Shown here: positions 30,090 through 40,459 of the stretch, one piece after another
Layout of the letters: each line of letters starts with the position of its first letter
How positions within the stretch are numbered: the first letter of the stretch is position 1
Assembly (NCBI GenBank): GCA_963710375.1
Contig: CAVPZX010000006.1
Location: 64,001-128,000 of the forward strand
Length of the DNA stretch: 64,000 nucleotides
From: Nitrospirota bacterium
Lineage (GTDB): Bacteria; Nitrospirota; Thermodesulfovibrionia; Thermodesulfovibrionales; Dissulfurispiraceae
Reading direction: 5' to 3'
The notes under the pieces: model-generated
Seen by the model: only the letters and a program-made list of their open reading frames with translations
Told to the model about the DNA's origin: nothing
Databases searched by the model: none
Position numbers and translations under genes: made by a program

Positions 30090-31010
30090 GTGTCCTTGAT
30101 CTTTTTCGGCACTCCTGACTTTGCTGTACCGTCGCTGCGAGCATTGTTAAGTGAAGAAGATATCGCACTGGTGGTAACGCAGCCTGACAAACTGAAAGGC
30201 AGAGGCCATATCCTATCATCGCCTCCGGTTAAAGAACTGGCGCTTGCTTATGGTATCAAAGTTGTACAGCCCCCAAAAATAAGGAATGAGGAATTTTATA
30301 ATGTCGTAAAAAGAATTGCACCGGAGTTTATTATTGTGGTGGCATACGGAAAAATACTGCCCGAAGACGTCCTTAGATTGCCGCTGCACGGATGCATCAA
30401 TGTCCACGGTTCGCTTCTCCCTAAATATCGTGGCGCGGCTCCTGTTCAATGGGCGCTGATCAACGGAGAAAGAATTACCGGCGTCACGACAATCCTAATG
30501 GATACCGGAATCGACACAGGAGATATACTGCAACATGCCGAAGTTCAGATTCTGGATGACGATAATGCTGAAACGCTTTCAGGGAAACTTGCCGACCTTG
30601 GGGGGAAGACGCTTATAGAGACACTTAAGGGAATAAGGTCAGGCACGGTCAAGCCGGTACCGCAGACCGGCGATGCGACCTATGCGCCTCCGCTCAGGAA
30701 GGAGGACGGCAGAATAAACTGGGGCAGGAGCGCTCGCGAGTTGCTCCAGTTTGTAAAAGGCCTGTACCCATGGCCTTCTGCATTCAGTTATCTTAACGAT
30801 GAGCTGATAAAGATAATCAAAGTGAAGCCGCTTGATGGTGACGGCGTCGCCGGGAGGATCGAAAAGGCATCAGGGGGTCAACTTGTCGTAGGTACAGGGA
30901 AGGGCCTTCTTTTGGTAGAGGAACTCCAACCAGGGGGCAGGAGAATCATGTCTTCTGAAGCATTTATGTCAGGCCGGAGATTAAAAGAAGGACATGAAAC
31001 GTTTTCTTAG
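30090..31010 (+). CDS. fmt: Methionyl-tRNA formyltransferase
   Basis: FFGTPDFA, VVAYG, NVHGSLLPKYRGAAP. Confidence 0.96.
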   Translation: MSLIFFGTPDFAVPSLRALLSEEDIALVVTQPDKLKGRGHILSSPPVKELALAYGIKVVQPPKIRNEEFYNVVKRIAPEFIIVVAYGKILPEDVLRLPLHGCINVHGSLLPKYRGAAPVQWALINGERITGVTTILMDTGIDTGDILQHAEVQILDDDNAETLSGKLADLGGKTLIETLKGIRSGTVKPVPQTGDATYAPPLRKEDGRINWGRSARELLQFVKGLYPWPSAFSYLNDELIKIIKVKPLDGDGVAGRIEKASGGQLVVGTGKGLLLVEELQPGGRRIMSSEAFMSGRRLKEGHETFS

Positions 31011-31518
31011 AGGATTTGTTTTAAAGGTGCTATACCCGTTGCTGATGCTGGCAGGGGCTTTTCTGAAAAGCAGAAAAGAGCTATTCCAGCGCTACGTTAT
31101 TGATCTGAATAACTGGCTGATCAAAGCGGAGCCTGAGAGATACAGGACAAAGAGGATACTGCTGCTGTTGCCTCATTGCCTGCAGATAAGTGACTGCGAC
31201 GTCAGGATAACCATTGATATCAATAATTGCAAGCGGTGCGGCAGGTGTGGAATTAAGGACCTGATACAGGTGGCCGTTGATAATGACCTGAAACTTTTTG
31301 TTGCCACCGGAGGAAATCTTGCCAGACGCATTGTAAGTGATGTAAGGCCGGAGGCCATTGTGGCCGTTGCCTGCGAGAGGGATTTAAGCAGCGGCATTGT
31401 TGACAGCTATCCTCTCCCGGTTTTGGGTATCCACAATGAGAGGCCTTTCGGCCCATGCCGTGATACGCGGGTTGATCTGGAAAAGGTAAGAGAAGCCATA
31501 AAATTCTTCGGAACGTGA
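30994..31518 (+). CDS. DUF116 family protein
   Basis: LLPHCLQ, CKRCGRC, ATGG, VACERDL; typical fmt-rsmB context. Confidence 0.85.
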   Translation: MKRFLRGFVLKVLYPLLMLAGAFLKSRKELFQRYVIDLNNWLIKAEPERYRTKRILLLLPHCLQISDCDVRITIDINNCKRCGRCGIKDLIQVAVDNDLKLFVATGGNLARRIVSDVRPEAIVAVACERDLSSGIVDSYPLPVLGIHNERPFGPCRDTRVDLEKVREAIKFFGT

Positions 31519-31685
31519 AACGTTAATAGTGAATAGTGAAAGGTGAATAGTGAATAGTGAAAAGCAACAGACTAAAACCAAAGTAGAATTTTTATTTCTT
31601 GTATTTTGTATTTGTTTTTTTACTATTCACTATTCACCCTTCACTGTTTTTGTTACTATTTACTATTCACCTTTCACTTTTCACG
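31515..31685. repeat. Inverted heptamer tandem array (GTGAAWR)7 ... (YWTTCAC)n
   Basis: Seven units at 31515-31563, the first containing the upstream TGA stop; reverse-complement units at about 31617-31685. Confidence 0.85.
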
Positions 31686-31706
31686 TTCTTTGTTTTTCTA
31701 GATAGT

Positions 31707-33047
31707 ATGTCACCTGCCAGAGAGCGCGCTGTCGTTGCCCTTAATAAGATTTTCATAAGAGGAAAAAAACCCAGGGAAGTGATCGAGGCCCTGTCATGGG
31801 AGGACGACAAGAGGGAACGGGCCTTTCTTATGGAACTGGTATACGGGGTCTTGAGATACCGGGACTTGCTTGACTGGATGCTTAAGGATTTCTTAAGGAA
31901 GCCGGCTGGTTTATCATTCGATACGATCAATAACCTGAGAATTGCAGTTTACCAGATCGCGTATATGCGCGTTCCAGAATGGGCCGCTGTAAATGAGGCG
32001 GTTGATGTTGAAAAGGCGCAAAGGGGAAGGGCTTCGCTTGTGAACGCGGTATTGAGGAACTTTCTAAGGCGAATAGAGACGATACCCCCCCCGGATGACG
32101 ACATAGCGATCGAGACATCCCATCCCAGATGGCTCATAAAGCGTTGGGTCAAGCGGTTTGGTCATGATGGCGCCATGAGGCTCGCAAAAAAAAATAACGA
32201 ACTCCCGAAGCTCACCTTAAGAATAGATGACACCGTGGAACGGGAAAGAGCAGTGGCCGTCCTTGCAGCAAAGGGCGTTCAAGCCAATAAAACGAGTTTC
32301 TCTCCATCCGGCATTGCGCTTCAAGACCTGCATTCATTCAGCGATCTTCATGGCTTGCTGGATTTCCCTTTCCTTGTCCAGGATGAAGCAGCCCAGTTGA
32401 TAACCTTTCTGCTGGCCCCCTGTCCTGAAGAAATTATACTAGATGCCTGTGCCGCTCCCGGCGGAAAGACTACCCATATTGCAAAACTTATGGGTGACAG
32501 AGGGAAGGTCATAGCGGTCGAGACCGAATCACAAAGAATCAAACAGCTTGAGGAAAATATCACCAGGCTTGGGCTGCATTCAGTGGTGGTTGTGCACGGA
32601 GATGTTCGTGATGCAGAGGACGGTATCAGGCAGGCCGCCGGTTGCGAAACCGGTTCTGGCAATTGTTTGTTTGACCGTATTCTCCTTGACGCCCCATGTT
32701 CAGCCCTGGGTGTTATTCGAAGGAACCCTGATGTAAAGTACCGGCACCTTCCGCGGGATTTGCAGAGGTTCAGGGAAAATCAACTGGCGCTTCTTCAGGC
32801 TGTTTCCCGGTACCTGAAGGTCAACGGAAGTATGGTATATTCAGTATGTTCGACAGAACCGGAAGAAGGGGAGGAAGTAATAGGGACATTTTTACACAGT
32901 AATCAGAATTTTAGTATTATAAAGGGCGAGCATGATTTTCTGCGGCCTTTTGAATATAGCTATTCAGGGCGGGTATTTTACAGGACTTTTCCCCATGAGC
33001 ACGATATGGATGGTTTTTTCGCCGCACGGCTGAAAAGGATTGGATGA
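31707..33047 (+). CDS. rsmB: 16S rRNA m5C967 methyltransferase RsmB (Sun)
   Basis: NusB-like N-terminus, QDEAAQ, DACAAPGGKT, DAPCS, YSVCS; start moved to ATG 31707 because the ORF-track extension is repeat-derived. Confidence 0.93.
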   Translation: MSPARERAVVALNKIFIRGKKPREVIEALSWEDDKRERAFLMELVYGVLRYRDLLDWMLKDFLRKPAGLSFDTINNLRIAVYQIAYMRVPEWAAVNEAVDVEKAQRGRASLVNAVLRNFLRRIETIPPPDDDIAIETSHPRWLIKRWVKRFGHDGAMRLAKKNNELPKLTLRIDDTVERERAVAVLAAKGVQANKTSFSPSGIALQDLHSFSDLHGLLDFPFLVQDEAAQLITFLLAPCPEEIILDACAAPGGKTTHIAKLMGDRGKVIAVETESQRIKQLEENITRLGLHSVVVVHGDVRDAEDGIRQAAGCETGSGNCLFDRILLDAPCSALGVIRRNPDVKYRHLPRDLQRFRENQLALLQAVSRYLKVNGSMVYSVCSTEPEEGEEVIGTFLHSNQNFSIIKGEHDFLRPFEYSYSGRVFYRTFPHEHDMDGFFAARLKRIG

Positions 33048-33559
33048 AGAATTTAATAAAAATACCGGTGTATCTTTTTGCCTTGCTGGTTCTCGGCATT
33101 GTTTCAGGCCACCTGACTTTTCAACTTCTGAGCTTCAGCAGGACTGTTATTGTCCCTGATCTCAGAGGCAAGGGAATGATGGACGCTGACGACATTCTCA
33201 GGGGTAAGGGACTGCATATCCGTCTTGAAGGCGAGGATTACGATGCTGCTGTACCCCAGGGGAATATAATTCGTCAGGATATACTGCCCGGCAGCAAGGT
33301 AAAGCAGGACAGAGAAGTCGGTATCGTGTTGAGCAAAGGGCCGAAGATACAATACGTGCCTGATATTGTCGGCCAGCCTCTCGACAGGGCTGAAGCAATA
33401 TTAAAAGATAAGGGTATACAGATCGGAAAGATACTTTATGTTCATTCCGAGAAGACCACAAAGAATGTAGTTTTGGCGCAGAGGCCCGAGACGAATGAGA
33501 GCGGAGCTGATGTTTTCAGTATTATAGTGAGCCTCGGTGATTTTGAGGAAAAACAATAA
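33044..33559 (+). CDS. PASTA domain-containing membrane protein
   Basis: N-terminal TM, two PASTA repeats (VPDLRG, VPDIVG). Confidence 0.88.
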   Translation: MKNLIKIPVYLFALLVLGIVSGHLTFQLLSFSRTVIVPDLRGKGMMDADDILRGKGLHIRLEGEDYDAAVPQGNIIRQDILPGSKVKQDREVGIVLSKGPKIQYVPDIVGQPLDRAEAILKDKGIQIGKILYVHSEKTTKNVVLAQRPETNESGADVFSIIVSLGDFEEKQ

Positions 33560-33566
33560 GCAAGGA

Positions 33567-33656
33567 AGGTTTAGGTTGAGGTTAAGGTTGAGACTGAGCA
33601 ATTTTGTTCAATGTTGATATTTGTTTCTTACTTGACCTTAACCTTAGCCTTAACCT
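33567..33656. repeat. Inverted hexamer tandem array (AGGTTR)n ... (CTTRRC)n
   Basis: aggttt aggttg aggtta aggttg agactg at 33567-33596; cttgac cttaac cttagc cttaac at 33631-33654. Confidence 0.8.
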
Positions 33657-33675
33657 GTTTTTTTAAGGAGGAAAC

Positions 33676-34353
33676 GTGATTAAAATTGCTCCGTCACTAT
33701 TATCCGCAGATTTTTTGAGACTCGGGGAAGAAATAAAAGCGGCAGAGGCTTCCGGCGCAGATATAATGCATCTCGATGTAATGGACGGCCATTTTGTACC
33801 CAATATCACCATAGGTCCGGCAATTGTTGAATCAATACGTAAAGCCACTGCTCTGCCGCTCGATGTCCACCTTATGATAGAATCCCCGGACCGTTACTTG
33901 GATGATTTTATCAGAGCCGGGGCCGATTACCTCACAGTACATGTCGAAACTTGTATCCATCTTCACCGGACCGTTCATTATATAAAGAGCAAGGGGATTA
34001 AGGCCGCTGTATCGCTGAATCCGGCCACCCCTCTTTGCACCCTTGATCTCATTCTGCCCGATCTCGACATGGTGTTGCTTATGTCTGTCAATCCTGGGTT
34101 CGGTGGGCAGCATTTCATCCCATTCGTTCTGGATAAAATACGGTCGCTGAAAACTGTTATCAAAGAGAGGGGTCTGAACGCGCTTATCGAAGTCGATGGC
34201 GGAATTAAGCCGGGCAATGCGGTGGAAGTGGCATCTGCAGGGGCCGATATCATGGTCATGGGATCCGCTTACTTTTATTCCGGAGATTATAACGCTCTGA
34301 TGAAAGGGCTCAGGGAGCAATTAGCGGGAATCGGAGAGATGCATGGACGATAA
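33676..34353 (+). CDS. rpe: Ribulose-phosphate 3-epimerase
   Basis: IAPSLLSADF, HLDVMDGHFVPN, MSVNPGFGGQ, VDGG. Confidence 0.97.
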   Translation: MIKIAPSLLSADFLRLGEEIKAAEASGADIMHLDVMDGHFVPNITIGPAIVESIRKATALPLDVHLMIESPDRYLDDFIRAGADYLTVHVETCIHLHRTVHYIKSKGIKAAVSLNPATPLCTLDLILPDLDMVLLMSVNPGFGGQHFIPFVLDKIRSLKTVIKERGLNALIEVDGGIKPGNAVEVASAGADIMVMGSAYFYSGDYNALMKGLREQLAGIGEMHGR

Positions 34354-35437
34354 AATCATTGCACTTATAAGAAAGGCTGAAGTTTTAAGGGACAAGGCGC
34401 AATATCGTGAAGCCCTGAAGTTTTTCAAAAGCGCCCTGGCCATAAGCAAGAGAGGGGGCCACGTGAGCGGTATCCTCGATGCAACGCTTGCCATAGCCGA
34501 TATCAGCAGGATGACAGGTGACTTTGACCGGGCCATAAACAATTACGAGGAGGCGCTGGAGGCATGCGAAGCCCTTGGCCAGACTCTTACTGCCGCAGAC
34601 TGCATGGTTGGAATGGGGCTTTCCCTCAGGGCGATAGGGATGTGGAAAGAGGCGCTGCAGTTCGTTTCTGCGGCCAGGAAGACATACCGGAGAGAAAAGG
34701 ACAAGAGGGGAGCAGCGTTTTCCCTATGGGCGGAAGCCGGGGTGTATAGGGTAGCCGGGAATATAGGAAAGGCCATTACTTTATTCACCGAGGCAAAGAC
34801 TTCTTTTGCTTCGATCGGATTTAATTCCGGTATAGCATATGCTTTGTGCGGGCTTGGAGGCACTCACCGCATTGCGGGAAAATACGGTGAATCGCTGCAA
34901 TATTACCGGCAGGCAAATCAGATGTTCGGCAGCCTGAAGGACAAATTCGGGACCGCCTATTCGCATTGCGGTATCGGCAATGCGTACAGGATGCAGATGC
35001 GTTACGGTGATGCCATGCGGCATTTCAGAAAAGCGGCTCATCTCTATGAAGAGATAGGCGACATCGTGAGCTATTCCTATACCCTGTGGAGCATTGCCAC
35101 CGCTTGCAAGATGAAGAGGGACTTCCCGCAGGCCGAAACGTATACATCCGCTGCATTGCGCAACTTCAAAAAAACAAAGGACCCGAGGGGTGTTATATAC
35201 TGTGATATGCTGATCGGCGAAATGGATTTTATGAAAGGCAGAAATGCTGCTGCCGGGAAAAGGCTGCGCCGGGCGCTGCTCCTCGCCGGGAAGTATGGCT
35301 TCAGCCTGGAACAATGCCATGCGAAAACGCTCCTTGCGTTGTTGTCTGGCGCCTCGCGAGAGGCCGAGCCTTTATCGTGCTATAAGAGGATGGGAGTTGC
35401 CATGCACACTATCTCAGTTCCTTTTAATATGCCATGA
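34343..35437 (+). CDS. Tetratricopeptide repeat protein
   Basis: About 40-aa helical repeats (A....G..YR..G.Y..A). Confidence 0.85.
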   Translation: MDDKIIALIRKAEVLRDKAQYREALKFFKSALAISKRGGHVSGILDATLAIADISRMTGDFDRAINNYEEALEACEALGQTLTAADCMVGMGLSLRAIGMWKEALQFVSAARKTYRREKDKRGAAFSLWAEAGVYRVAGNIGKAITLFTEAKTSFASIGFNSGIAYALCGLGGTHRIAGKYGESLQYYRQANQMFGSLKDKFGTAYSHCGIGNAYRMQMRYGDAMRHFRKAAHLYEEIGDIVSYSYTLWSIATACKMKRDFPQAETYTSAALRNFKKTKDPRGVIYCDMLIGEMDFMKGRNAAAGKRLRRALLLAGKYGFSLEQCHAKTLLALLSGASREAEPLSCYKRMGVAMHTISVPFNMP

Positions 35438-35982
35438 GCGGTCTGAAGGTCCTAAGCATCCCGAACAGTGTCACATTTATCAGAATTGTGATCATTCCCG
35501 TATTTGTGACCGCGCTCGTTTACAATCGGGTCGATTACGCGCTGTTTCTTTTCATAGTAGCCAGCATCTCGGATATGTTTGACGGCCTTCTCGCAAGGAT
35601 AACCAACCAGCAAACCCGTCTCGGAGCCTTTCTCGATCCATTAGCCGACAAATTCCTGCTGATGACGTCATTCATACTGTTTTCAGTGTACGGTTGGATA
35701 CCGATGTGGATGACCATAACCGTGATTAGCCGTGACCTGATTGTAACGCTGGGTTGGTTACTGCTGTATCTGCTTTATGACATAACGAAGGTCGAACCGT
35801 CGTTTATAGGAAAGGCCGCTATTGCTACCCAGCTTGTCCTGATCGCCTATACGCTTTTTTCGCGCACCTTCCGGGGCGTACCGTCACCTGAAGTCTGGAT
35901 GCTCGTCATTGTTGCCCTGCTGACCGTCGTATCCGGACTCCAGTACATTTATAGGGGGTTGAAACAGGCCGGTGAAAAGTAG
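35434..35982 (+). CDS. CDP-alcohol phosphatidyltransferase (PgsA-like)
   Basis: PNSVTFIR, DMFDGLLAR..G.FLDPLADK. Confidence 0.9.
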   Translation: MSGLKVLSIPNSVTFIRIVIIPVFVTALVYNRVDYALFLFIVASISDMFDGLLARITNQQTRLGAFLDPLADKFLLMTSFILFSVYGWIPMWMTITVISRDLIVTLGWLLLYLLYDITKVEPSFIGKAAIATQLVLIAYTLFSRTFRGVPSPEVWMLVIVALLTVVSGLQYIYRGLKQAGEK

Positions 35983-37285
35983 TCCCGGAGTTGAAATAGA
36001 ATTAATAGCAGGAGGTAGTATAGCTGAACGGGCAGGCCTGCTACCTAAGGACAAGCTTATCAGAGTCAACGGCAAGAGGATCAAAGATGCAATAGACCTG
36101 CTGTTCTACAGTAATGAACCTGAACTGCAGCTCACGGTCGGCAGAGGTGACGTAAAGCTTGGTATAAACGCCTGCAGGAGCCGGGATGAGACCGTCGGGC
36201 TGGGGATTGGGCTAAAACCGTTCCATACCAGATCATGCAAGAACAACTGCATTTTCTGTTTTGTATCGCAGCTCCCAAAAGGGTTGAGGAAGTCCCTTTA
36301 TCTGAAAGACGACGATTACAGGATGTCGTTTCTCTATGGCAATTATATAACCTTAACCAACCTCACTCCCGAGGACAAACAGAGGATCATAGCTCAGCAC
36401 CTGAGCCCTCTGTATATTTCAGTCCATTCGACCAATTCTGCGATCAGGAATAAATTGCTTGGCGTCCACGCAGCGGAAAATATTCTCAAGGAGATCAAGT
36501 TCCTTGCCGACAACAAGATACGCATGCATACACAGATTGTTTTGTGCCCCGGCTATAACGACGGCAAAGGTCTTGAAAAAACAATCGCCGACCTCTACCG
36601 TTTTTATCCTTATGTGCAGTCGATAGCGGTTGTGCCGGTGGGACTCACTGCACACCGTAAAAAACAGCTGAAACCCGTGGATATGGAAGATGCCCTGAGA
36701 GCGCTGGATACTATACGCAAGTTCCAGCACAGGTTCAGGAGGAAGCACGGAGAAAGCATTGCGTATGGGGCTGACGAGTTGTATATCAAGGCTGCAGCGG
36801 AATTCCCCCCTCTGGATGACTACGGCGAGCTTCCGCAGATCGAAAACGGTGTAGGCATGGTCCAGTTGTTCATGCATCAGGCTAAAAAGGTGAAGCTTCC
36901 ACAGTCGCTCCAGAAGAGCAAGGATGCAGGCAGACGATTTCTCACATTTACAGGCGTTTCTTTCTACCCTTATCTCGCCAGGTATGTCGGCAGGCTCAGG
37001 AAGACAGGTATTGACATAGAGGCGGTGCCTGTCGAGAATACTTTTTTCGGCACAAGTGTAACAGTGACGGGACTCCTCACGGGCCGCGATGTAATTAAGG
37101 TCCTTTCCGGACTTGTGGACAAGTTCGACACAATTCTCGTTCCTGATGTTGTCCTGCGTTCTGAAGGCGACTTGTTTCTTGACGATATATCCCTGCATGT
37201 TTTAGAAGAAATGCTGGGTGTGCCTGTAGTGGCTGTGGCATCGACCCCACAGGGTATCATGGACGCGATAGCAGCCCTGTCATAA
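35972..37285 (+). CDS. PDZ + radical-SAM-like DUF512 protein
   Basis: N-terminal PDZ, CKNNCIFCF, KDDDYRMSF, QIENGVG. Confidence 0.88.
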   Translation: MKSSPGVEIELIAGGSIAERAGLLPKDKLIRVNGKRIKDAIDLLFYSNEPELQLTVGRGDVKLGINACRSRDETVGLGIGLKPFHTRSCKNNCIFCFVSQLPKGLRKSLYLKDDDYRMSFLYGNYITLTNLTPEDKQRIIAQHLSPLYISVHSTNSAIRNKLLGVHAAENILKEIKFLADNKIRMHTQIVLCPGYNDGKGLEKTIADLYRFYPYVQSIAVVPVGLTAHRKKQLKPVDMEDALRALDTIRKFQHRFRRKHGESIAYGADELYIKAAAEFPPLDDYGELPQIENGVGMVQLFMHQAKKVKLPQSLQKSKDAGRRFLTFTGVSFYPYLARYVGRLRKTGIDIEAVPVENTFFGTSVTVTGLLTGRDVIKVLSGLVDKFDTILVPDVVLRSEGDLFLDDISLHVLEEMLGVPVVAVASTPQGIMDAIAALS

Positions 37286-37289
37286 CGTA

Positions 37290-38399
37290 ATGGCGCGAGT
37301 CATCCTCAGAAAAGCAGCGTATGATTACGATACCTTGCGGCCGGTGTTCTTCGAGATTATGGACTCCCTCGGCGGTGGTCTCATTGGGAAGAACAGCCGA
37401 GTTTTGATAAAACCGAATCTTTTGGCCCCGGCGCCTCCGGAATGTGCGATAGTTACTCACCCGCTCGTAGTGAAAGCGGCTGTCGAATATGTGATCAGCA
37501 GACATGCTTGCCCGGTAATTTCAGACAGCCCTGCAATGGGGTCCTTCGAAAGAGTTTTAAAAGAAAGCGGAATCAAAGATGCGCTGAAGGGGCTTGATGT
37601 GGAGTACAGTGAGTTTAAGAAATCGGTGCCGGTTGCTGCCGGCATTCCGTTTCATACCGTTGCTATAGCCGAGGATGCGCTCGCATCTGATGTCATGATC
37701 AACCTGCCGAAACTTAAGACGCATGCCCAGATGTTGCTTACTCTCGGCGTGAAAAACCTTTTTGGATGCATTGTCGGATTGAGTAAACCGGAGTGGCATT
37801 TCAGGACCGGTGTAGACAGGGAGATGTTTGCCCGGCTATTAGCCCAGATATGCAAAGCGGTAAACCCTTCTTTTACTGTTCTCGACGGAGTACTTGCCAT
37901 GGAAGGGGAAGGTCCGGGAAGGAGCGGGACACCCCGTGAAATCGGTGTGTTGATAGGCAGCAACGATGCTGTGGCCCTTGATGCAGCAGTGTGCAGGATG
38001 CTCGGCATTGAGCCTGAAGAATTATTGACCTGCAAGGCTGCAAAGGAGATTGGCCTGTCAGGAGGTGATGCCGCCATAGACGGTGAAGTTCCGGTTATAA
38101 CAGATTTTAAATTTCCGGTTGTAGGTTCTCTGGTCTTCGGCCCTAAGCAGCTGCATGGCGCAATGAGAAGGCATCTGGTCCAGCGTCCGATCGTCGATGC
38201 ATCAACCTGCGCATTATGCGGAGAATGCTGGAAATACTGTCCTTCAAAAGCGATTCAGCGAAAAGGCAGGAAAATCGATTTTGATTATGATAAGTGCATC
38301 AGGTGCTATTGCTGCATAGAGGTCTGTCCGCACGGTGCGCTCAAGGCGGTTGACACATTGCCCGGCAAATTGCTGCGGAGTATAGCAAGGAAGTTGTAG
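37290..38399 (+). CDS. DUF362 domain protein with C-terminal 2x[4Fe-4S] ferredoxin
   Basis: IKPNLL, THP, NLPKLKTH, KNLFG; two CxxCxxCxxxCP motifs. Confidence 0.88.
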   Translation: MARVILRKAAYDYDTLRPVFFEIMDSLGGGLIGKNSRVLIKPNLLAPAPPECAIVTHPLVVKAAVEYVISRHACPVISDSPAMGSFERVLKESGIKDALKGLDVEYSEFKKSVPVAAGIPFHTVAIAEDALASDVMINLPKLKTHAQMLLTLGVKNLFGCIVGLSKPEWHFRTGVDREMFARLLAQICKAVNPSFTVLDGVLAMEGEGPGRSGTPREIGVLIGSNDAVALDAAVCRMLGIEPEELLTCKAAKEIGLSGGDAAIDGEVPVITDFKFPVVGSLVFGPKQLHGAMRRHLVQRPIVDASTCALCGECWKYCPSKAIQRKGRKIDFDYDKCIRCYCCIEVCPHGALKAVDTLPGKLLRSIARKL

Positions 38400-38403
38400 T
38401 GTA

Positions 38404-38432
38404 TTGACACTTGCCGGACTATCAGATAGACT
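38404..38432 (+). promoter_or_regulatory. Sigma70-type promoter for the oxidoreductase-cooF-cooS operon
   Basis: TTGACA-N17-TAGACT. Confidence 0.6.
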
Positions 38433-38498
38433 TTGACTTATAGGCAGGAAAGATCAAGGAGCCTTCTAAATTCTTCATTCAAAAAGGAGGTTTGTAGC

Positions 38499-39719
38499 AT
38501 GAATGCTGTCATAATCGGCCTGAGCGCTGCCGGGCTGTCATGCCTCGATGTTCTTTTGAAATTCTCTCCTCAAGTCAACGTTACCGCGATATCTGAAGAA
38601 AAATACTCTCCTTACTGCAGGTGTATGCTCACCCACTATCTAGGCAGGATTGTCCGGGAGGAACAGATGTACATAAAAGACATATCCGCCTGCCCGAATA
38701 ACGTTAATTTGATTTTCGGAGATAGGGTAGAGACTATTGATGTGCATAAAAGGTCGTTGACGTTGTCGAGCGGCAAAATAATAAGCTACGACAAGCTTCT
38801 TATTGCTACTGGAGCAAACGCTGTCAAACCGGAATATTATGACGAAAAAAAGAGAACTTTCACTTTGCGCTACATGGATGATGCCAGGAAACTTGAACAA
38901 TATATTAAAGACAGTGCGGTGGTTCTTGGTGGAGGGTTTGTCGGAATAAAAGCCGCCTATGGATTACTTGAGCGGAATGTTAAGGTTGAAATGATTGTAT
39001 CATCTCCTTACCCTCTTTCCCTGGTCTTGGATGAAAAGACAGCGCGGTTTGTGGAAAAGGATATGCGGGATGCCGGCATCGTCATACGCACCCAGGATGA
39101 CATTGCGGAGATAAACATGAAAAAAGAAAGTGTCGCTGTTTCCCTTAAATCTGGGATCGAAGTGTACAGTGATGTAGTTGTGGTCGGAAAGGGTGTAAAA
39201 CCAAGGGTTGACGTTGCCAGAAAATCAGGGATAAAGATCGATCTGGGAATCATGGTCAATGAATTCCTTGAAACCTCGGCAGAAGGTGTTTACGCTGCAG
39301 GAGATTGTTGCGAGACGATGGATGTGGCGCGGAAAGTGCCTTGGATTAACGCCCTCTGGCCTGTTGCAGCGGAACAGGGTTATTTTGCCGCACTAAATAT
39401 TTTGGGCCCCAATACCCCATATGCCGGAAGCATCGGAATGAACAGTCTCAAAACCCATTCCTTTCACCTTATCTCCGGAGGAGTCTTGAAGGAAGAGGAG
39501 GGGGTTGTCGTATATGAAAAACACTTCCCTCACCGTAAACAATTCCGGAAATTGGCGGTTAGAGACAACGTCCCCGTAGGGATGGCTTTCTATAACTGCC
39601 CGGAGGATGCGGGACTTTATATTAACCTTATCAAGAAGGGTATGCCGCTCAATGCCGATCCTGTCAAGATCGTTAACGGCGAATTGGACATAGCGGACAT
39701 ACTCATACCTCAACGTTAA
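38499..39719 (+). CDS. FAD-dependent pyridine nucleotide oxidoreductase (CODH-associated FNOR type)
   Basis: IGLSAAG, LLIATGA, GGGFVG, YAAGDC; AAGGAGG SD before ATG 38499. Confidence 0.85.
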   Translation: MNAVIIGLSAAGLSCLDVLLKFSPQVNVTAISEEKYSPYCRCMLTHYLGRIVREEQMYIKDISACPNNVNLIFGDRVETIDVHKRSLTLSSGKIISYDKLLIATGANAVKPEYYDEKKRTFTLRYMDDARKLEQYIKDSAVVLGGGFVGIKAAYGLLERNVKVEMIVSSPYPLSLVLDEKTARFVEKDMRDAGIVIRTQDDIAEINMKKESVAVSLKSGIEVYSDVVVVGKGVKPRVDVARKSGIKIDLGIMVNEFLETSAEGVYAAGDCCETMDVARKVPWINALWPVAAEQGYFAALNILGPNTPYAGSIGMNSLKTHSFHLISGGVLKEEEGVVVYEKHFPHRKQFRKLAVRDNVPVGMAFYNCPEDAGLYINLIKKGMPLNADPVKIVNGELDIADILIPQR

Positions 39720-39723
39720 AATG

Positions 39724-39847
39724 GACGGTTTCGTAAAAGGTCCATAGGCAAGGCGCGCAAATACTGAGGAATGAGGCGTACTTTGTGTACGCCGCAGTGA
39801 CTAAGGATGCAGCGCAACGCAGCATATGGACTTTTTACGAAACCGTC
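39724..39847. mobile_element. 124-bp TIR-bounded MITE-like element, family C
   Basis: GACGGTTTCGTAAAAGGTCCATA ... TATGGACTTTTTACGAAACCGTC near-perfect 23-bp TIR between the FNOR gene and the cooF SD. Confidence 0.75.
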
Positions 39848-39859
39848 GAGGAGGACGTT

Positions 39860-40459
39860 ATGAAAGTGGTTGTAGTTAAACCTGAGCGGTGTGTGGGATG
39901 CCTTCAATGCCGTTTCGCATGCGCCGTAGAGCACTCGATCAGCGGTTCACCCTATGCCGCACCCTACGAATCGGTCCTTTCGAAGCCGAGGATTCATATC
40001 GGGCTGACTAAAGACAAAGACACCTTCCCGAACAAATGCAGGCACTGCGACCCTGCACCCTGCGAGATGGCATGTCTGCCAAAGGCCATATTCAGAGAGC
40101 CTTCGACCGGAATGGTTCTCATCAACCCTGACCGGTGCATAAACTGCGGAATGTGTGCGATGGCCTGTCCTTTCGGCGTTGTTCGGTATCACGTCTATAG
40201 CAACAATAAGACAGCAGCCCACAAATGCGACCAATGCATAGTGCGGCAGAAAAAAGGCCAGGCGCCTGCCTGCGTCGAGGTCTGCAAGGTCGGGGCCCTC
40301 CTTTTCGAAGACTATAATAAAGTAATGGACAGGGATACAGACGAAATCTCCTCCCTGGTCTATCTTGGCATAAGATCAAAGGAACAGGAGAAAGGCCCAT
40401 ATCAGTCCTTAACTGCATATAAACACAAATTGGAAGATTTAAGGAGGCAGCAGTCATGA
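39860..40459 (+). CDS. cooF: CooF-like 4x[4Fe-4S] electron transfer protein
   Basis: Four Cys clusters (CVGCLQC..C, CRHC..PC..CLP, CINCGMCAMACP, KCDQC..PACVEVC); GAGGAG SD before ATG 39860; directly upstream of cooS. Confidence 0.85.
   Translation: MKVVVVKPERCVGCLQCRFACAVEHSISGSPYAAPYESVLSKPRIHIGLTKDKDTFPNKCRHCDPAPCEMACLPKAIFREPSTGMVLINPDRCINCGMCAMACPFGVVRYHVYSNNKTAAHKCDQCIVRQKKGQAPACVEVCKVGALLFEDYNKVMDRDTDEISSLVYLGIRSKEQEKGPYQSLTAYKHKLEDLRRQQS

Noticed and set aside
31515..31685. CRISPR array
   Set aside because: Units are 7-bp tandem repeats with no unique spacers, and no cas genes are present.
31599..31706. Hydrophobic N-terminal extension of RsmB
   Set aside because: It is the translation of the TTCAC repeat arm (FTIH repeats); the true start is ATG 31707.
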